Position numbers and translations under genes: made by a program
Assembly: GCF_964355755.1 (NCBI RefSeq)
Contig: NC_092671.1
Coordinates: forward strand, 38,388,304-38,452,303
Reading direction: 5' to 3'
Length of the DNA stretch: 64,000 nt
Source: Antedon mediterranea
Lineage: Eukaryota > Animalia > Echinodermata
Part shown: piece after piece, positions 1 through 12,900 of the stretch
Position numbering within the stretch: the first letter of the stretch is position 1
How the letters are laid out: every line of letters starts with the position of its first letter
The notes under the pieces: generated by a model
Databases searched by the model: none
What the model saw: the letters and a program-made list of their open reading frames with translations, nothing else
What the model was told of the DNA's origin: nothing

Positions 1-68
1 TAATATTCTTTACATAATAATACAATGCTTGTAGAAATAAAGAACAATTGCGTTCGGTTTCTACACAC

Positions 69-488
69 CTTGGCACTCTATTTCTACACACTGAGTAAGG
101 CTTCCAGCATTGTCAATGCCTCGTATGGTGAAATCTATATTCGGATTTTCGCCCATCTCCAGCCTGGCACACATATATTTCACCTCAGCACAGGAGAGTT
201 CAGACATATCAAAATTAAAGATGATGTCAGTGAAGTCCAAGATCCCATCTGGATTCAGAACCTCATCCTGTTGAGATGGCATGAGAACCGTCTCTTGTGT
301 GCCATACTGCAAGCCAGAGCCATCAGGTTCGGTGCTTCCGAACAGAGATATCTGCCATAACCCCATTCCACTTACAGCAGCGGAAATGTCTGCTGGTAAG
401 CCACGGAAGCGCAACTGCAAGCTGTTGTCTTGCTCATTGCTTAAAATTTGACCCAAAACTTCAACTTCAATATCTTTTATAACAACCT
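69..488 (-). CDS. Repeat-domain exon 7 (~140 aa); gene probably continues beyond the left edge
   Basis: ttttttcag acceptor, gtgtgt donor, 420 nt. LWQISLFGSTEPDGSG..FNFDMSELSC..YMC..LTQC..C. Confidence 0.88.
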
Positions 489-795
489 CTGAAAAAAATA
501 AAGAAACAAAAATAACAATAAGTAAATTTTATTTAATATTTTTAATTTCTATATACAAAACTATTGTTTATAATCATTTGATTGGTACACAGGGAGTGGC
601 TACAGTATTTTAATTAAATAGACCAATAGTTGAAACACATTTAATGATACAAATACAGAAAATAATCATTACATTGTTTATAAATTAATTCTAAATAATC
701 CAATTATATACTATTTAAAGAGAATAACTTTAAGAAATATTTAATAAAGACAATAACTTCAAGAAATGTATGAAAAAAAAGAAAATCAAACATAC

Positions 796-1221
796 CATTT
801 TTACACTCTGACTTTTCACAAGTAATCAGACTGTCTCCACCATTTTCAACCAACAAGATGAAGTCAGGTTCAGGGTTCCTGCCCTTTTTAATTTCGACAC
901 ATATAAATTTAAAATCATCACAACCAATCGATCCCGACTCAAAATCAAACTCAACACCCGCAAAGTTCATGGTTTCGCCAGTGCCAGCATAGGATTTACT
1001 AGATTGGTTTTGGTTGAGAATTTGAGACACATCTCCAAATCTAGCTCCAGTTCCTTCAATGTTTTCAGAACCGAAAATGGACATTTGCCAATTGTGCTGA
1101 CCTCTGATTGGATCACTGGTGTCGGCAGTAGCAACATCTGCTATTAAAGTGTGTTCACTTGGCTGACCAATCACAGCCTTGCTCTTATCCAAGTCCCAAT
1201 CCAAGCCTGTCAGGGTAATAG
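796..1221 (-). CDS. Repeat-domain exon 6 (~142 aa)
   Basis: cttttgtag acceptor, gtatgt donor, 426 nt. NWQMSIFGSENIEGTGARF..QIL..GC..FICVE..PEPDF..LITCEKSEC. Confidence 0.9.
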
Positions 1222-1368
1222 CTACAAAAGAACAGTCAAAATGATTAATATAATTTAATACAAATAATGTAAAATATTAGATAATATACTTGTAATTATT
1301 ATTTATTGTAATATTAGTTATTAAAAGTGATTGTGAAGTAAAGAATAATTGAAAGTATTTTTACTTAC

Positions 1369-1818
1369 TTCTGCAGGCTATTGGGGTGCAAATGGTACCA
1401 CGAAGAGGATCATTTTCAAAGACAGCATTTTTGTGATGGAGGTTAAATTGAAATTCTGGATCATCTCCTTTCAGTAGCTGAAGACACATGTACTGTATGA
1501 CATCGCAGCTAAGGTCACGCATATCAAAGTTAAAGGTTACGTTTCCCATATTGGTTAAAGTAACACCAGTTTCAAATGAGATTGGCTCCAGTCTGGTATT
1601 ACTTTGTAGTGTGTTAAGAACCTGCTGTTCATTATAGCGGACACCATTGCCATCAGCATTGTCACTACCAAAGGCTACCACTTTCCATGAGTTGTTACCA
1701 TTGATGCCAATTAGACCTTGATTTGCAAGACTGGTATCAAATGCAAGAGGATTGGTGCTACTGCCAGGATCAAGAAGCATTTCACTGGTTGCTTTACTTT
1801 TAAAATGCACATTAATAT
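1369..1818 (-). CDS. Repeat-domain exon 5 (~150 aa)
   Basis: tttttcag acceptor, gtaagt donor, 450 nt. SWKVVAFGSDNADGNG..QVL..FNFDMRDLSC..YMC..C..C. Confidence 0.9.
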
Positions 1819-1972
1819 CTGAAAAATAGAAAAATATTCATATAACTAACAAGTTTCATAATAACATTTTTCTAAAATATGCAAAATTGATATTTAAAAC
1901 AAGTTTATCGGCTTAGAATTTTTTAGTTTTTTACCAACATATTTTACAATTCAATTTACAGGAATATCTTAC

Positions 1973-2389
1973 CATGATAACATCCAGCTTTTTCACAATC
2001 CATTTCAAGTATCCCTGTCTGGAATTCAAAATCAACACTTGAAGTCGGATTTTTGGAAATGACAGTACACAGATGTGTCCACTTTCCACAACCAGTTGCT
2101 GACAGATCAAATTTGAGATCACTAACAAATTTGAGAGATCCTCCAGCACTCAGTGATTTGCTACTGTCATTTTGTGCTAGCATTTGTTCAATGTAGTTAA
2201 AACGTTCTCCAGTTCCTTTTATGTTTGTTGAACCAAAAACACCAACTTTCCACATGTTTTCACCAGAAATTGCCGAGCTTGTCGGAGACATAACTGCTGT
2301 ATATGTTGCTGTAATGTTGTCTTTTTCTCCAATCATTAAAGCTTTAGTGCTCACTTTCCATTCGATGTTCAGAAGCACTATTTCACGTT
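1973..2389 (-). CDS. Repeat-domain exon 4 (~139 aa)
   Basis: atctag acceptor, gtaaga donor, 417 nt. MWKVGVFGSTNIKGTGERF..GC..LC..C..C. Confidence 0.9.
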
Positions 2390-2519
2390 CTAGATAAAAA
2401 AGAACAAATTATTTAAAACAGTTATAGCATGAATGATATTTATATTTATGATAATTTTGTTTTATTGCATTGTGCAAAATGAATTAGTTAAATTGTTTAA
2501 ACATTTTTAAAGATCTTAC

Positions 2520-2939
2520 TTGTCTGTCGGCAGGTGATAAGAGATGATGCATCAGGAGAAGCTGTAACTTGAAAATTAGGAATGGCGTCTTCACTTTCAG
2601 AAAGTTCAAGGCATAAATATTTAACTTGGTCAGCTTGCAAATTAGTTGCGTCAAAGTCAACCTGAATGTCTCCAAAATTGAGTTCTTTATCCATTGGTAA
2701 TAAAGGAATGTTTTGTTTGTTTTCATTTAAGATTTGCATAATTGCTCCAGCACGTTTACCATCTCCATTTTCATTTGAACTGGCCCACATCATTAGCTGC
2801 CAAAGGCGAGTACCAGACACTCCTCGGCCCAATACTTGGTGGTTAGCTTTTACATCATTTAAAGTTATGCTGGACACAGATCCAACATCAATATCTGTCA
2901 CACTTGTATCATCAACTCTTAAATTTGATAGTACAATTT
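2520..2939 (-). CDS. Repeat-domain exon 3 (~140 aa, only two Cys)
   Basis: tttttag acceptor, gtaaga donor, 420 nt. LWQLMMWASSNENGDG..QILNENKQ..YLCLEL..LITC. Confidence 0.9.
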
Positions 2940-3039
2940 CTAAAAATAAACAAACAAAATTATGTTAATGTTTAACTTCTTGCAAACAAAACACCTGAAA
3001 ATGTAAAACATTATTCAACATGACGATGTCCTAATGAAT

Positions 3040-3650
3040 AGATAATGATGTTGGTAAATAATGTTGATAATAATGATGTTGGGTAAATAATGTTGATAAT
3101 AATGATGTTGGTAAATAATGTTGATAATAATGATGTTGGTAAATAATGTTGATAATAATGATGTTGATAATAAATTATGTTGATAATGATGTTGATGATA
3201 TAATGTTGGATGATAATAATGTTGGTAAATAATTTTGATAATAATGATGTTGACAATGATGTAATGATATGATGTTGAGGGATAATGAAGTTGATAATGA
3301 TGTCAATAATAATGATGTCAATAATAATGATGTCAATAATAATGATGTTGATAATAATGATGTTGATAATAATGATGTTGATAATGATGTTGATAATGAT
3401 GTTGAGGGATAATGAAGTTGATAATGATGTCAATAATAATGATGTCAATAATAATGATGTTGATAATAATGATGTTGATAATAATGATGTTGTTGATAAT
3501 GATGTTGATAATAATGATGTTGACAATGATGTTGATAATGATGTTGATAATGATGTTGATAATGATGATGTTGATAATAATGATGTTGATAATAATAATG
3601 ATGTTAATGATATGATGTTGAAGATAATGATGTTGATAATAATGATGTTG
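3040..3650. repeat. Intronic compound trinucleotide repeat (GAT/AAT/GTT; units such as GATAATAATGATGTT)
   Basis: About 600 bp of 12/15-bp units built from triplets, seen directly. Confidence 0.95.
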
Positions 3651-3671
3651 TTAAGCAATTATATTTCTTAC

Positions 3672-4106
3672 CATTTCTGCATTGGAGTTTCTTACAAGCT
3701 ACAAGTCTTCTAGATTCAGTGTTGATTTCTAACTCAAAATCAGGCTCAGGGGAATCTCCCTTGAAGAACTCCACACACAAGAAATTGCTGTTAGAGCACG
3801 ACACTTCTGTGTAGTCATATTGCAGCTTTTGAGTTCCAAAGTCCAGCATTGTAACATTTGCCAACAAATCCATGCTACTCTGTTCGCTGCTGAGAATCTG
3901 TTCCTTCAGCAGATATTTGTCACCAATACCTTTGTCATTGGTGCTGCCATATATGGCCGCCCTCCACAGATTACTCCCATTTACTAAGTAGTCCGTTAGA
4001 GGTCTGAATTCAATGTTTAATCTAAAATCTACATCATCATTTTGTCCATAATGTAGTATATTTTCATCTAATTGCCATGATATTCCGGTGCCCAGTGCTA
4101 TTTCTC
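3672..4106 (-). CDS. Repeat-domain exon 2 (~145 aa)
   Basis: atttag acceptor, gtaaga donor, 435 nt and open. EIALGTGISWQL..LWRAAIYGSTNDKGIG..EQILSSEQ..C..FLCVE..PEPDF..C..C. Longer than the ORF-track call. Confidence 0.9.
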
Positions 4107-6847
4107 CTAAATAACAATAAAATTTAATAATAATTTCAATGGTATAAATATGAAAAAAAAAGGAAGTAATTTTATATTGAAAAAGAATTTGAGCAGAAGT
4201 TTATCAAAAGTAATTCTGTCTATAATGAAATTGAATTGTCGAATTATTTGGTTGTACCTTCATCTTATATACGTCGGTTGAAACAAAGGGTCACCATAAA
4301 TTACACATGAATGTATGAACCAAACAATTCAATCAATTATTTTCATGATGGACAACTGCCATTTTGATAAAATCTTTGAATTTAAAGGTCATTAACTTAT
4401 TCATACTTTTAATATGGTAATTAAAAGTATCAGTTTTGTAATTTTATTTAGTTCGCCAAACTGAATTCAAGGAATGTAAGTATTAAGACAATTACCACAT
4501 AATTAGTACGTTGTCTTAAATGTAAAATTTTAGAAACTACTGTATTATTTATTGTGAAAGCAACTAACTCAAAGGACTTTATAGAATTATGATCATGAAG
4601 ATTGTTTTCAGCAAACAGGGTTAAATTTGTAAAATAAATTAAATTTTATTTTGAGTTTTACTGAAATACTGTGTTTAATTTTTAACCTTTTGTTTGTTTT
4701 TATTCAAAATTGATTTAAATAATTAAATAATAAATTTATTTTACTTGGTTTTTGTATATCTCTTACTTTATAGAAAACTTGAGTGCAAAGTCAAATGTTT
4801 TCAAAGAACAAAAGAGAAACACTAATAAAAACAAATGACATGACTTATATTGCAATGTTATTTTCATCAAAAGGTTAAAATAAAAGTGCAGTCTTTCAAT
4901 AAAACATACTATACTCTTTATCGAGTTGTAGGGTAAAAAATAATCTATTGGAAAATTATTTAACATCTTAAGAAATCTTCATGAACGTAATAGTTGGTGC
5001 ATAATGTGCATAGAATCACATTTCCATTATAATGCTTAAATATGTTAACTTTTGCATTCTTCTAAAACTATCGTTACCAGTTCCTCGTTCTCTTATTTTC
5101 AGAAGTAGATTTTGAGTGATCAGATGGTATCTTTGTATCGTTTACAATAATTAGAGAGTTTCAATACTCAATTGTTATTAATTTAAACACATCTCTCAAC
5201 CCTCTCTCACTCAAATTCAACAATAACCTCACAACAATTGTGCAACAAATAGTTTTAAATCACATGAGAAAAGATTATTTAAATAAAAACAACAAATGTT
5301 AAAATAAAAAGCAATAAATCCTAGACATCAATTTTACATTTTCTACGTAAACATTACTATTTAACTTGCCAACAAGTGAAATATGTTGTACCAAGAGTAA
5401 TTGCTTGTTATTTTACATTTGTTTATTTCCCATTTTGTTTTATAACGTTGTTGATGTTTGCTGAAAAATGAAAGGGGATAACAGACAACACAGGTCAGAA
5501 TGACAGACATCATCTATTACCAAAGCACTTGTTGCTAATAGATGGATATTACATGCAAATTCTTAATTCTACAACGAGAGAAAGGAAAATAGTTTGAGAA
5601 CACATATTTACCTTTCACATGTTTCTCTCTCCGCATCTTCAACATGCAAAGGAAATAGCTTGCTTTGCATTCTTCATATCACTTTAAGATGAAGATGTAC
5701 TGAGGAAAAACCAGCAGAAACCGAAATAAGAAATTTTGTAAGTTCATGCTTAACTTCATGCATATAAATATTGTTTACCATGCATAAAAATAATTTTCAA
5801 AAATGTTTGATTTTCACAATCTTTTGTGATGATTTTCAGTTACCATCGTGCAAATTTTAAAATTTAGGAATAACTTTTGAAACATCATGCAAAAGAGAGA
5901 AGGGAACACCAACAACATAATAATCTTCAACATAGTACAACTTTTGATTTACTTCAAAGTTAAGAATTTGTTAAAATTGTACCATATTTATAACTATCTA
6001 ATACTGGTCTGTTTTTAGAAATAACAACAAGACCCAAATTATAGTTACCATGAACCATAATTATAGTTACATTACCATTTCTGAATCTATATATTTAAGT
6101 AGAGATTATTATTCAGGTTTTATTTTAAAATAAATAATTATTATCACGAACTTTTGAAGGAATTTTATTTTAAAACTTTTAGTTAATTGTCCATGCAATT
6201 ATAAATACATGCTTTATAATCAATCGATTTTAAACTCACCTATGAAAAAAAAAGATGATATTCAAGAAAAAACCGCGGAAAAATAAATACAATGTTTGTT
6301 CGCACTGTAGAAACCAGCCCAATGATATTGAATTAATATTTCTACTAAAACTTTAAAATTAATAATTTAACAATGTAATTTAGTTGGATTAACATTCAGT
6401 TAAAATTGTTATTAAATATTAAACATTTAAAATATTAATACCGATTTCAGAACACACAAAAAAAAGAACAAAAAAATGACAATCTTTTAGGTTTTTTTAT
6501 TTTAAGCATATCCAGTTGTTGAGATATTATATAATTGCGGAAAAGGTAAAAGCTGTTAATAAATAAAAGCTGGAACAATGAAGGATGTGAATTTGTTTGA
6601 AGATGGGAGGGGTGTGGCGGGGCGGGGCGGGAGGACATACAGTGGCATTTGAAAGGAGGGTTTGATTTGGATGAATAAGATGATAATTATTTTAATACAA
6701 CCATTGCTGATACACACAATACTGGGCCATAGTTTGTTAGTGTAATTAGATGTATTCATTTTATTAGGATAATTTTAATAGGAGTATTTTAGTTTTGTAA
6801 TAAATCTATGAAATGTATAAAATTAACAAATGTACGTTGCAACTAAC

Positions 6848-7270
6848 CTTCGCAAAAATTAATCTTAACACATGTTGTTAATGATTTTTCTTCTTGTGCA
6901 AGCAAGTTGAATTCGGCACTTGCGCTTTCGCTTCTCCCAAACTCAACACACACGTACGGAATGTCATTGCAAGAACTTTCCCTCAGATCAAATTCAAAGA
7001 GAACTTGTTGAAATCTTAAACTATCACCTTTGCTAAGGGTCTGGGATTGTAGAGATTCATCGAGTACTTGTTTTGTGTACGACTCTTTCTTTTCTTTTCC
7101 AGTGGATAAAGGGCTCCCCCAAACACCGACTTGCCAAAGTTCCGTGCCCGATATGGATGAGCTTTCTTCAGCATTAAAATCAATTGTTACGTCAATGGGT
7201 AGCAGATTGAGGGCGCCATTTAGCAAAGTGGTTGGCCGAACTGTTAGCTTGATATCGGTAACTGTGACAA
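6848..7270 (-). CDS. Repeat-domain exon 1 (~141 aa, four-Cys domain)
   Basis: cacag acceptor, gttag donor, 423 nt, phase 1-1. Motifs LWQVGVWGS..G, QVL, FDLRESSC..YVCVE, LTTC..C. Confidence 0.9.
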
Positions 7271-7427
7271 CTGTGAATTGTAGGAAATTGGCTTAAAAGA
7301 TTATTTAAATTTTTGCTTGGAAACTAAGATTAAAACTTGTGTAGGTTTTAATACAAAATAGCATTTCAAGTTTTAACTTGGGTCAATTTGGGTTAAATGG
7401 ATAATGGGAAAATTTGCTGAAACTTAC

Positions 7428-7613
7428 CGCATGCACCACAGCACGCATCTATCCCAATAATAGGATCTCTGCAGTCAGTGATGGGACAAGTTCTTGTGGA
7501 ACAGAAAGTGGTGGCGTTGTCGCACGAACATATTGTGCATTCATCCAAATCAAACCGAGTCCCATGCAAATGAATTTTACCACCATACAAACACGGCAGT
7601 CTATCCTTGTCAG
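7428..7613 (-). CDS. Exon encoding a von Willebrand factor type C (VWC/chordin-like cysteine-rich) domain
   Basis: DKDRLPCLYGGKIHLHGTRFDLDECTICSCDNATTFCSTRTCPITDCRDPIIGIDACCGAC has the CxxCxC and CCxxC VWC signatures and 10 Cys. ctctttag acceptor, gtaagt donor, 186 nt, phase 1-1. Confidence 0.92.
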
Positions 7614-9963
7614 CTAAAGAGAAGAGAGATTTGCATACCAACTAGTCCCTTGGATAAGCACCCACATATGTTCATTTAGTCTTTTTCAGAGAACTATAAT
7701 TTTATTATAAAATTGAATTTAGTACCATTGGGCAATGGTTTATAAATCGCGAATGTTTACGAGTGTATGTGTTCGTTCAAAAAGCGTGATGCTCACATAA
7801 GGGACACAACATGAACAAAAACAATAGAGAGGTGCAGAATTCAGAAACACTTTATTACAAACTGTGTGTGCAAGTGATAAATAGTCCTGCAAGTAAAATC
7901 TAAAAGTGTATGCACAAATAAAACAATACTTTTCTCATGTGACCAAACAGATACATATTTTTTCTGACCACTCAAAACTTCTGCAGTTTGGGAAATTTAT
8001 GAAAGCTTTTCTTTTAAAAAAAAAATCTCACTTTCAGAAAACTGATTTGATTTTACCTGTCACCGATGGCAGTATGCAGTCAAACACTCGACTGGAATGT
8101 TTGTATAAAACACCCTGACTTGAGAGAGAGGAGGAAATATGGAGATGAGATCTTAAAATCTAGACATAACAACGACATGCAAGAAACAGATAAAAGATCA
8201 ACGGGTTGCACAAGTAAGAAAGGTGGAAAAGATGGACAATGACAAAAGTGCTTTTCAGTAAACGAAGTAACATGACAAATAAATTAAGATGCACAAGTAC
8301 AAAAAATGAAATGATTAAAAGGTAATGTCATCATCCAATTGGCAATCATTAATTTAGTCACATGTCTGAAATTCAAAGGGTGCATTGGACATAACATTAC
8401 ATTATTTAGGTTTTATGGAATACGGTAGTATTTTTTGGTAAATTTGATTATCAAACAAAAAGAGTTACGTAAAGGAAAATAATACTATCAATTAATAAGA
8501 AACATTAATTTTTAATGTAAGTTATGACAATGTTGAAATCTCATGCACAAGTAAATGATGTATAATGGGCAGGGGAGTCATTTTGGAGTATTCAAATTTC
8601 ATGGGCCATTTCTATAATTTCACATTTCGAATGAAAGGAAGAATATATGAAATGAAATGATGAAATAAAAGCAATGGCTAACAGGAAAGCCATGAAAAGA
8701 AAGAGTGATGATGATTACCAGACAGTGGTCAAGGGATACAAAGTGGCAACAAGAACAACAATGTATATTTCACATAAAAAAATACAATTTATATCACAAA
8801 GACATAATATATGCTAGCAAGCAAGCAAAAAATTGTTGAGATTTTCAATTGCAATTGTTTTCCAAATTGTAGTATTTGTCATGAAAAGCCTTCTATTTTT
8901 GTTTCTGATTACATGCATCTGTTTTTTTTAAATAAAATATTTTAGCCATGAGAAAATGGAAGCATTTATTTTACTAATAAATGAAAAAAATAAATAAATA
9001 AAAAATACACATTTTATATAACTTTTAAACACATTTGATTCATTCATGCAATTTATAAAAAGTTTCATTTTATTTTACTTGTTCAAATCTGTTGAAACGT
9101 TGCATGCACAATTTCAATGAGAGCTTGCACTGTTGTGTGGTTGACAATAACTTTTACCAAATTTTATCATAAAAAAGTATCAAGATTGTGAACCACATCT
9201 TGTGTGGCATTATCCTTAGTAAAATTCATTCACCTAATAGTACCATTTTAAGTTCAAACTTAAAATCATGCACCAGTGTATAGTAAAATAAATACTGCCA
9301 CCAAGTATAAAAGAGGCGGAGCTAATTCCACTTCCTGTTGTTTGCAGACTAGTGACCTTCAGAAGGTACACTAAAACAGTAATAGCACCCTCTATAGAAT
9401 GGTGTGCAAAGGTTGAAAGTTTTCAAATCTGAGGCAGAGTGCGTGCTTGGGTAGACACAGTATTTATGAGAATGTGTGGTGGGTATTTAAAAATTGTGTG
9501 TGCGTGTATTTGTGCAAATGTTTTAACAGCACTACCATTAGTAAAATTATTATATAGATGATGCACTAATTGCTAACTATAGTTTTCCATTCATAAATGC
9601 ACTAATTAAAAACAAATAATTAAACCTAAGAAAAGCATTACCAAATCTAATAGCTCAAATTCATTACCATTTCACTACATTTTTCCATTTCAGTCTGGAA
9701 ATTGTTCTAAGATGGAGCGAATAATGATAAATGCATTAGTTATAAGCTAAACAGTATGTGATGAATTTCCACAGCCAACAGCTGGGACTCCTGCTGATTC
9801 CTCTATGAACTGTGCATTCGTAAGGTAATACTATTGTACTACCGTATGCCTAACCTTGCACTAGTAATAAGAACAGCTAACCTGGCATTTAGGACCAAGT
9901 AAAAAATATAGCCTATCTAGTATACTACGTCTCAATTGAGTTACTAATTAAAGTCCAACTTAC

Positions 9964-9996
9964 CCATCTGGGAGAAGGCAACATGGCTAAGAGAAC
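9964..9996 (-). CDS. Probable 33-nt symmetric phase-1 micro-exon (SLSHVAFSQM)
   Basis: gtgtttcttag|GT TCT CTT AGC CAT GTT GCC TTC TCC CAG ATG G|gtaagt. Good acceptor, consensus donor, open frame and phase 1-1. Confidence 0.45.
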
Positions 9997-12900
9997 CTAA
10001 GAAACACAGCCTTACCACAAAGGAGTACATAGCTGTAAATCTTTGAGGAAAGGAACTAACTATGTTCACCAAAAGAAAGTGTAAAACTAATTCCTATCAA
10101 CACTCCCCCCTTTTCTATAAGTTTGAGAATTAAAAAATTGAACCAATGAAAAATCAATGCGGGTTATCGTCGTCCTACCCTAAGACATCTGCATCCTATG
10201 AGATTTCTCCTAAGCCTGACAGGGTCTGGAAAGAATTAGTGTGGAGACAGGTCTGTCATCTAACCACATAGTCCCAAGATACTAAGAGGGCCCCAACTGG
10301 CATATGCAGCCATGTTCACTTACAGTGCAATAATTACGTATCCACATATGCAGACATAAAAAAAATGCCAATAAAATTAGAAATAAGGGGGGATTATTAA
10401 ATTTATTTGGAAAGATGTTGTTTTTATTCTCCAATGACTCAGTAACCTTTATAGAACTAATTAAATTTCCTGTAGAAAACTTTCAACCAATCACAAGATT
10501 AGAATTCAAGTACTTAAAAACTAGGCTAAGAAGTCTAGCCTATCAGTGAGTTGTACTTTATACTTTAATACCATGTTGACATGATAGCAATCAGTTGATT
10601 AAGAAAATATCTATAAAACGTTTATACCTCAACTTCAATTTGTTATTCTTAGTTTTTAGAACGTACTAGAAATATATTATAAACAAACCTAGAGCTTAGA
10701 TTGTTTTTAACTTAAAAAATGAACAACAACAAAAAAAAGAAAAGTTTGAACCTAATTTAATAAACTATTCCATGCCTTTTTGATGTGATGATGTATTTAA
10801 TATCATATTCTAACAGAGTATACCCAGGAGATGGGTGTGGTCTAAAATAACTTACAATAAGTTTTTTGTCTTGCATTTGTTTATGTAAACAAATATTTAA
10901 TGTAATAAAATCAATCAATGATATCTCAGGTGTGTTATTTGTTTTTGTCAAAAACATTTGTGTGGGAGGATTTTTTAAATTAAATTTCCATTGAGGTTTA
11001 TGCTTCTGTCAACTATTTTTTTAAATATCCTAAATTTATTTTGTAAATTACTATAAAAAAGACTAAAAATATATTTCTGTAATGATTCAATGGAAACTAT
11101 GATATAAAACTGTTAATAATCAATATTAATCAATATTGATCAATAAATATAAATCAATACAGATTTTGTATTACTATATAAATATTTATTTGTTCAGAAT
11201 ATGCTTAATATTTAAATTTAAATAAGTTAATTCTAACGAGTTAAGGTTGTGTGAATATTGCAGTACTATTAAGATTTGTTGAATTTTAAAATTAATAACT
11301 AAGTATAGTAAAAATTTAAAGGTAACCTAATAAAACAAAACTTCATATCCAATCGAAGCAAAATAATATAATTCGACAGTAGTAATTTAAACAGTGATTG
11401 AATTGAGAACATGTTTGATTGTAGGAATTCAAGTGTCTATTACGGGTTAAATTTCCATTCATAACCGCCCCAGTAGGTTTGAATTAGAGCCTGGGTAGCA
11501 GTCTGCCTAGTCATCAATGTAAAAATTAAAAATACAGTTGAAGAATTTGACTACAGTCCACCTCACACATGGGAATCCTTGGGTTCCAGGCTAAATTATA
11601 TGGCCTCAATTTTGTTTAGTTAAGTAAACAAGATTGGAAATTGCTCCATGTCTGAACAGCAGATGTCATTGAAAACTTTCTACATGGCTGAATGCCAGAG
11701 TTGTTATACCCCCCTCTGTGGTGAAACCGCAGCCTAGTCCGCAAAGGTTAATGAATGTTTTGTTGTACTAGAACAATGTCTGTAATGCATAACATTTATT
11801 TCAGACTTTAGGAATTCTAACAAATAACTTCACAAGGAAGTGCGAATTATAATTTATATTATAATTAATCAATTCTCAGTCACGATTTAAGTCGATATTT
11901 TACAAGTAAAATAGTATAGTACTGTTATTCATCAACCAACCAAAAAAAAACACTTGTTTAAAAGAAATTAAAGTTACTATAAGTAAAACAAAAACATTTA
12001 ACAAAAATCAAATTGAGAAAAACATAATTAATTAAGTTTACTTAGGAAATAAGCCAAAAGTAACAGACATACACTGTCGATAGAGGTAATAAATTTAGAG
12101 TAGACAGAAACTAAATTAGCGTCGTCAGTTTGACTGAAGGAAATTAACTTATACCTGTGTCTAAAACGTGTTTACTCTCCAATGGGTCCGAGGGCTGGCT
12201 TATCACCATCATGCATTGCTGTTGTAGGAAACGTGATTAATCAAGAATCCTAATTAAAGATATCAATACTCTTGCTTATTCTGACTCAGGATGTTTAAGC
12301 TACTATGAATGATTTCTATAATTGTTAAACCCATTGATAAATTAAAACTTTGTTTTTCCTGTGCTAATTATATCAAACTTTTAAACATAATTTGAAGTCT
12401 ATTTCCAACCAAATAGCAGAACATTTTCTGCTGTAAACTAAGCTAATAACAGTGAAAGTAATTTATTTCCTAGCTACCTATTGACCTTACATAAATAAAT
12501 AGTCTCATGTAACTTGGTATATGAAACCCCACTATTCAGAAACCCAATACTTTTCTAACCTAGGGTTAAAGTTTGATGTTAAATACAATAAACTATCTGC
12601 AGAATTCCAAATCTATCAACAATCTTATTTTTGTAACAATTTGGCATATACTAATAGTATACTAGTTTAGTTTTTCTGGGTTTCATTTTGATTGAAAACA
12701 TAAAATATGGTTAAACAAATCGCAACTGCAGAGGTATCTGTTCCCAATAAAGTAAATCGGAAAGGCGTGTTTTAATCATATTGCTGCCGATGGTTGGAAA
12801 AACATGTTCTTCTCGACATTTGTTATTCTACAATCGGAAAGGCCTGTTTAATGCCATGTAGAAAGTTTCAAAGGCTATTTCCTAAATTGCTTTATGAGTA

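Noticed and set aside
3011-3713. Long ORFs of 215, 142 and 67 aa
   Set aside because: They are by-products of the intronic triplet repeat, with low-complexity translations and no splice context.
7428-7613. Naming the gene chordin, kielin or a collagen
   Set aside because: There is only one VWC domain and no CHRD, VWD or Gly-X-Y sequence, so no gene symbol is justified.
25-7679. Plus-strand ORFs overlapping the exons (25-360, 297-482, 2666-2968, 7030-7296, 7414-7679)
   Set aside because: They are antisense shadows of the real minus-strand exons.
9668-10360. Other minus-strand donor-like sites (about 9668, 10016, 10324)
   Set aside because: Wrong phase or in-frame stops relative to the phase-1 gene structure.
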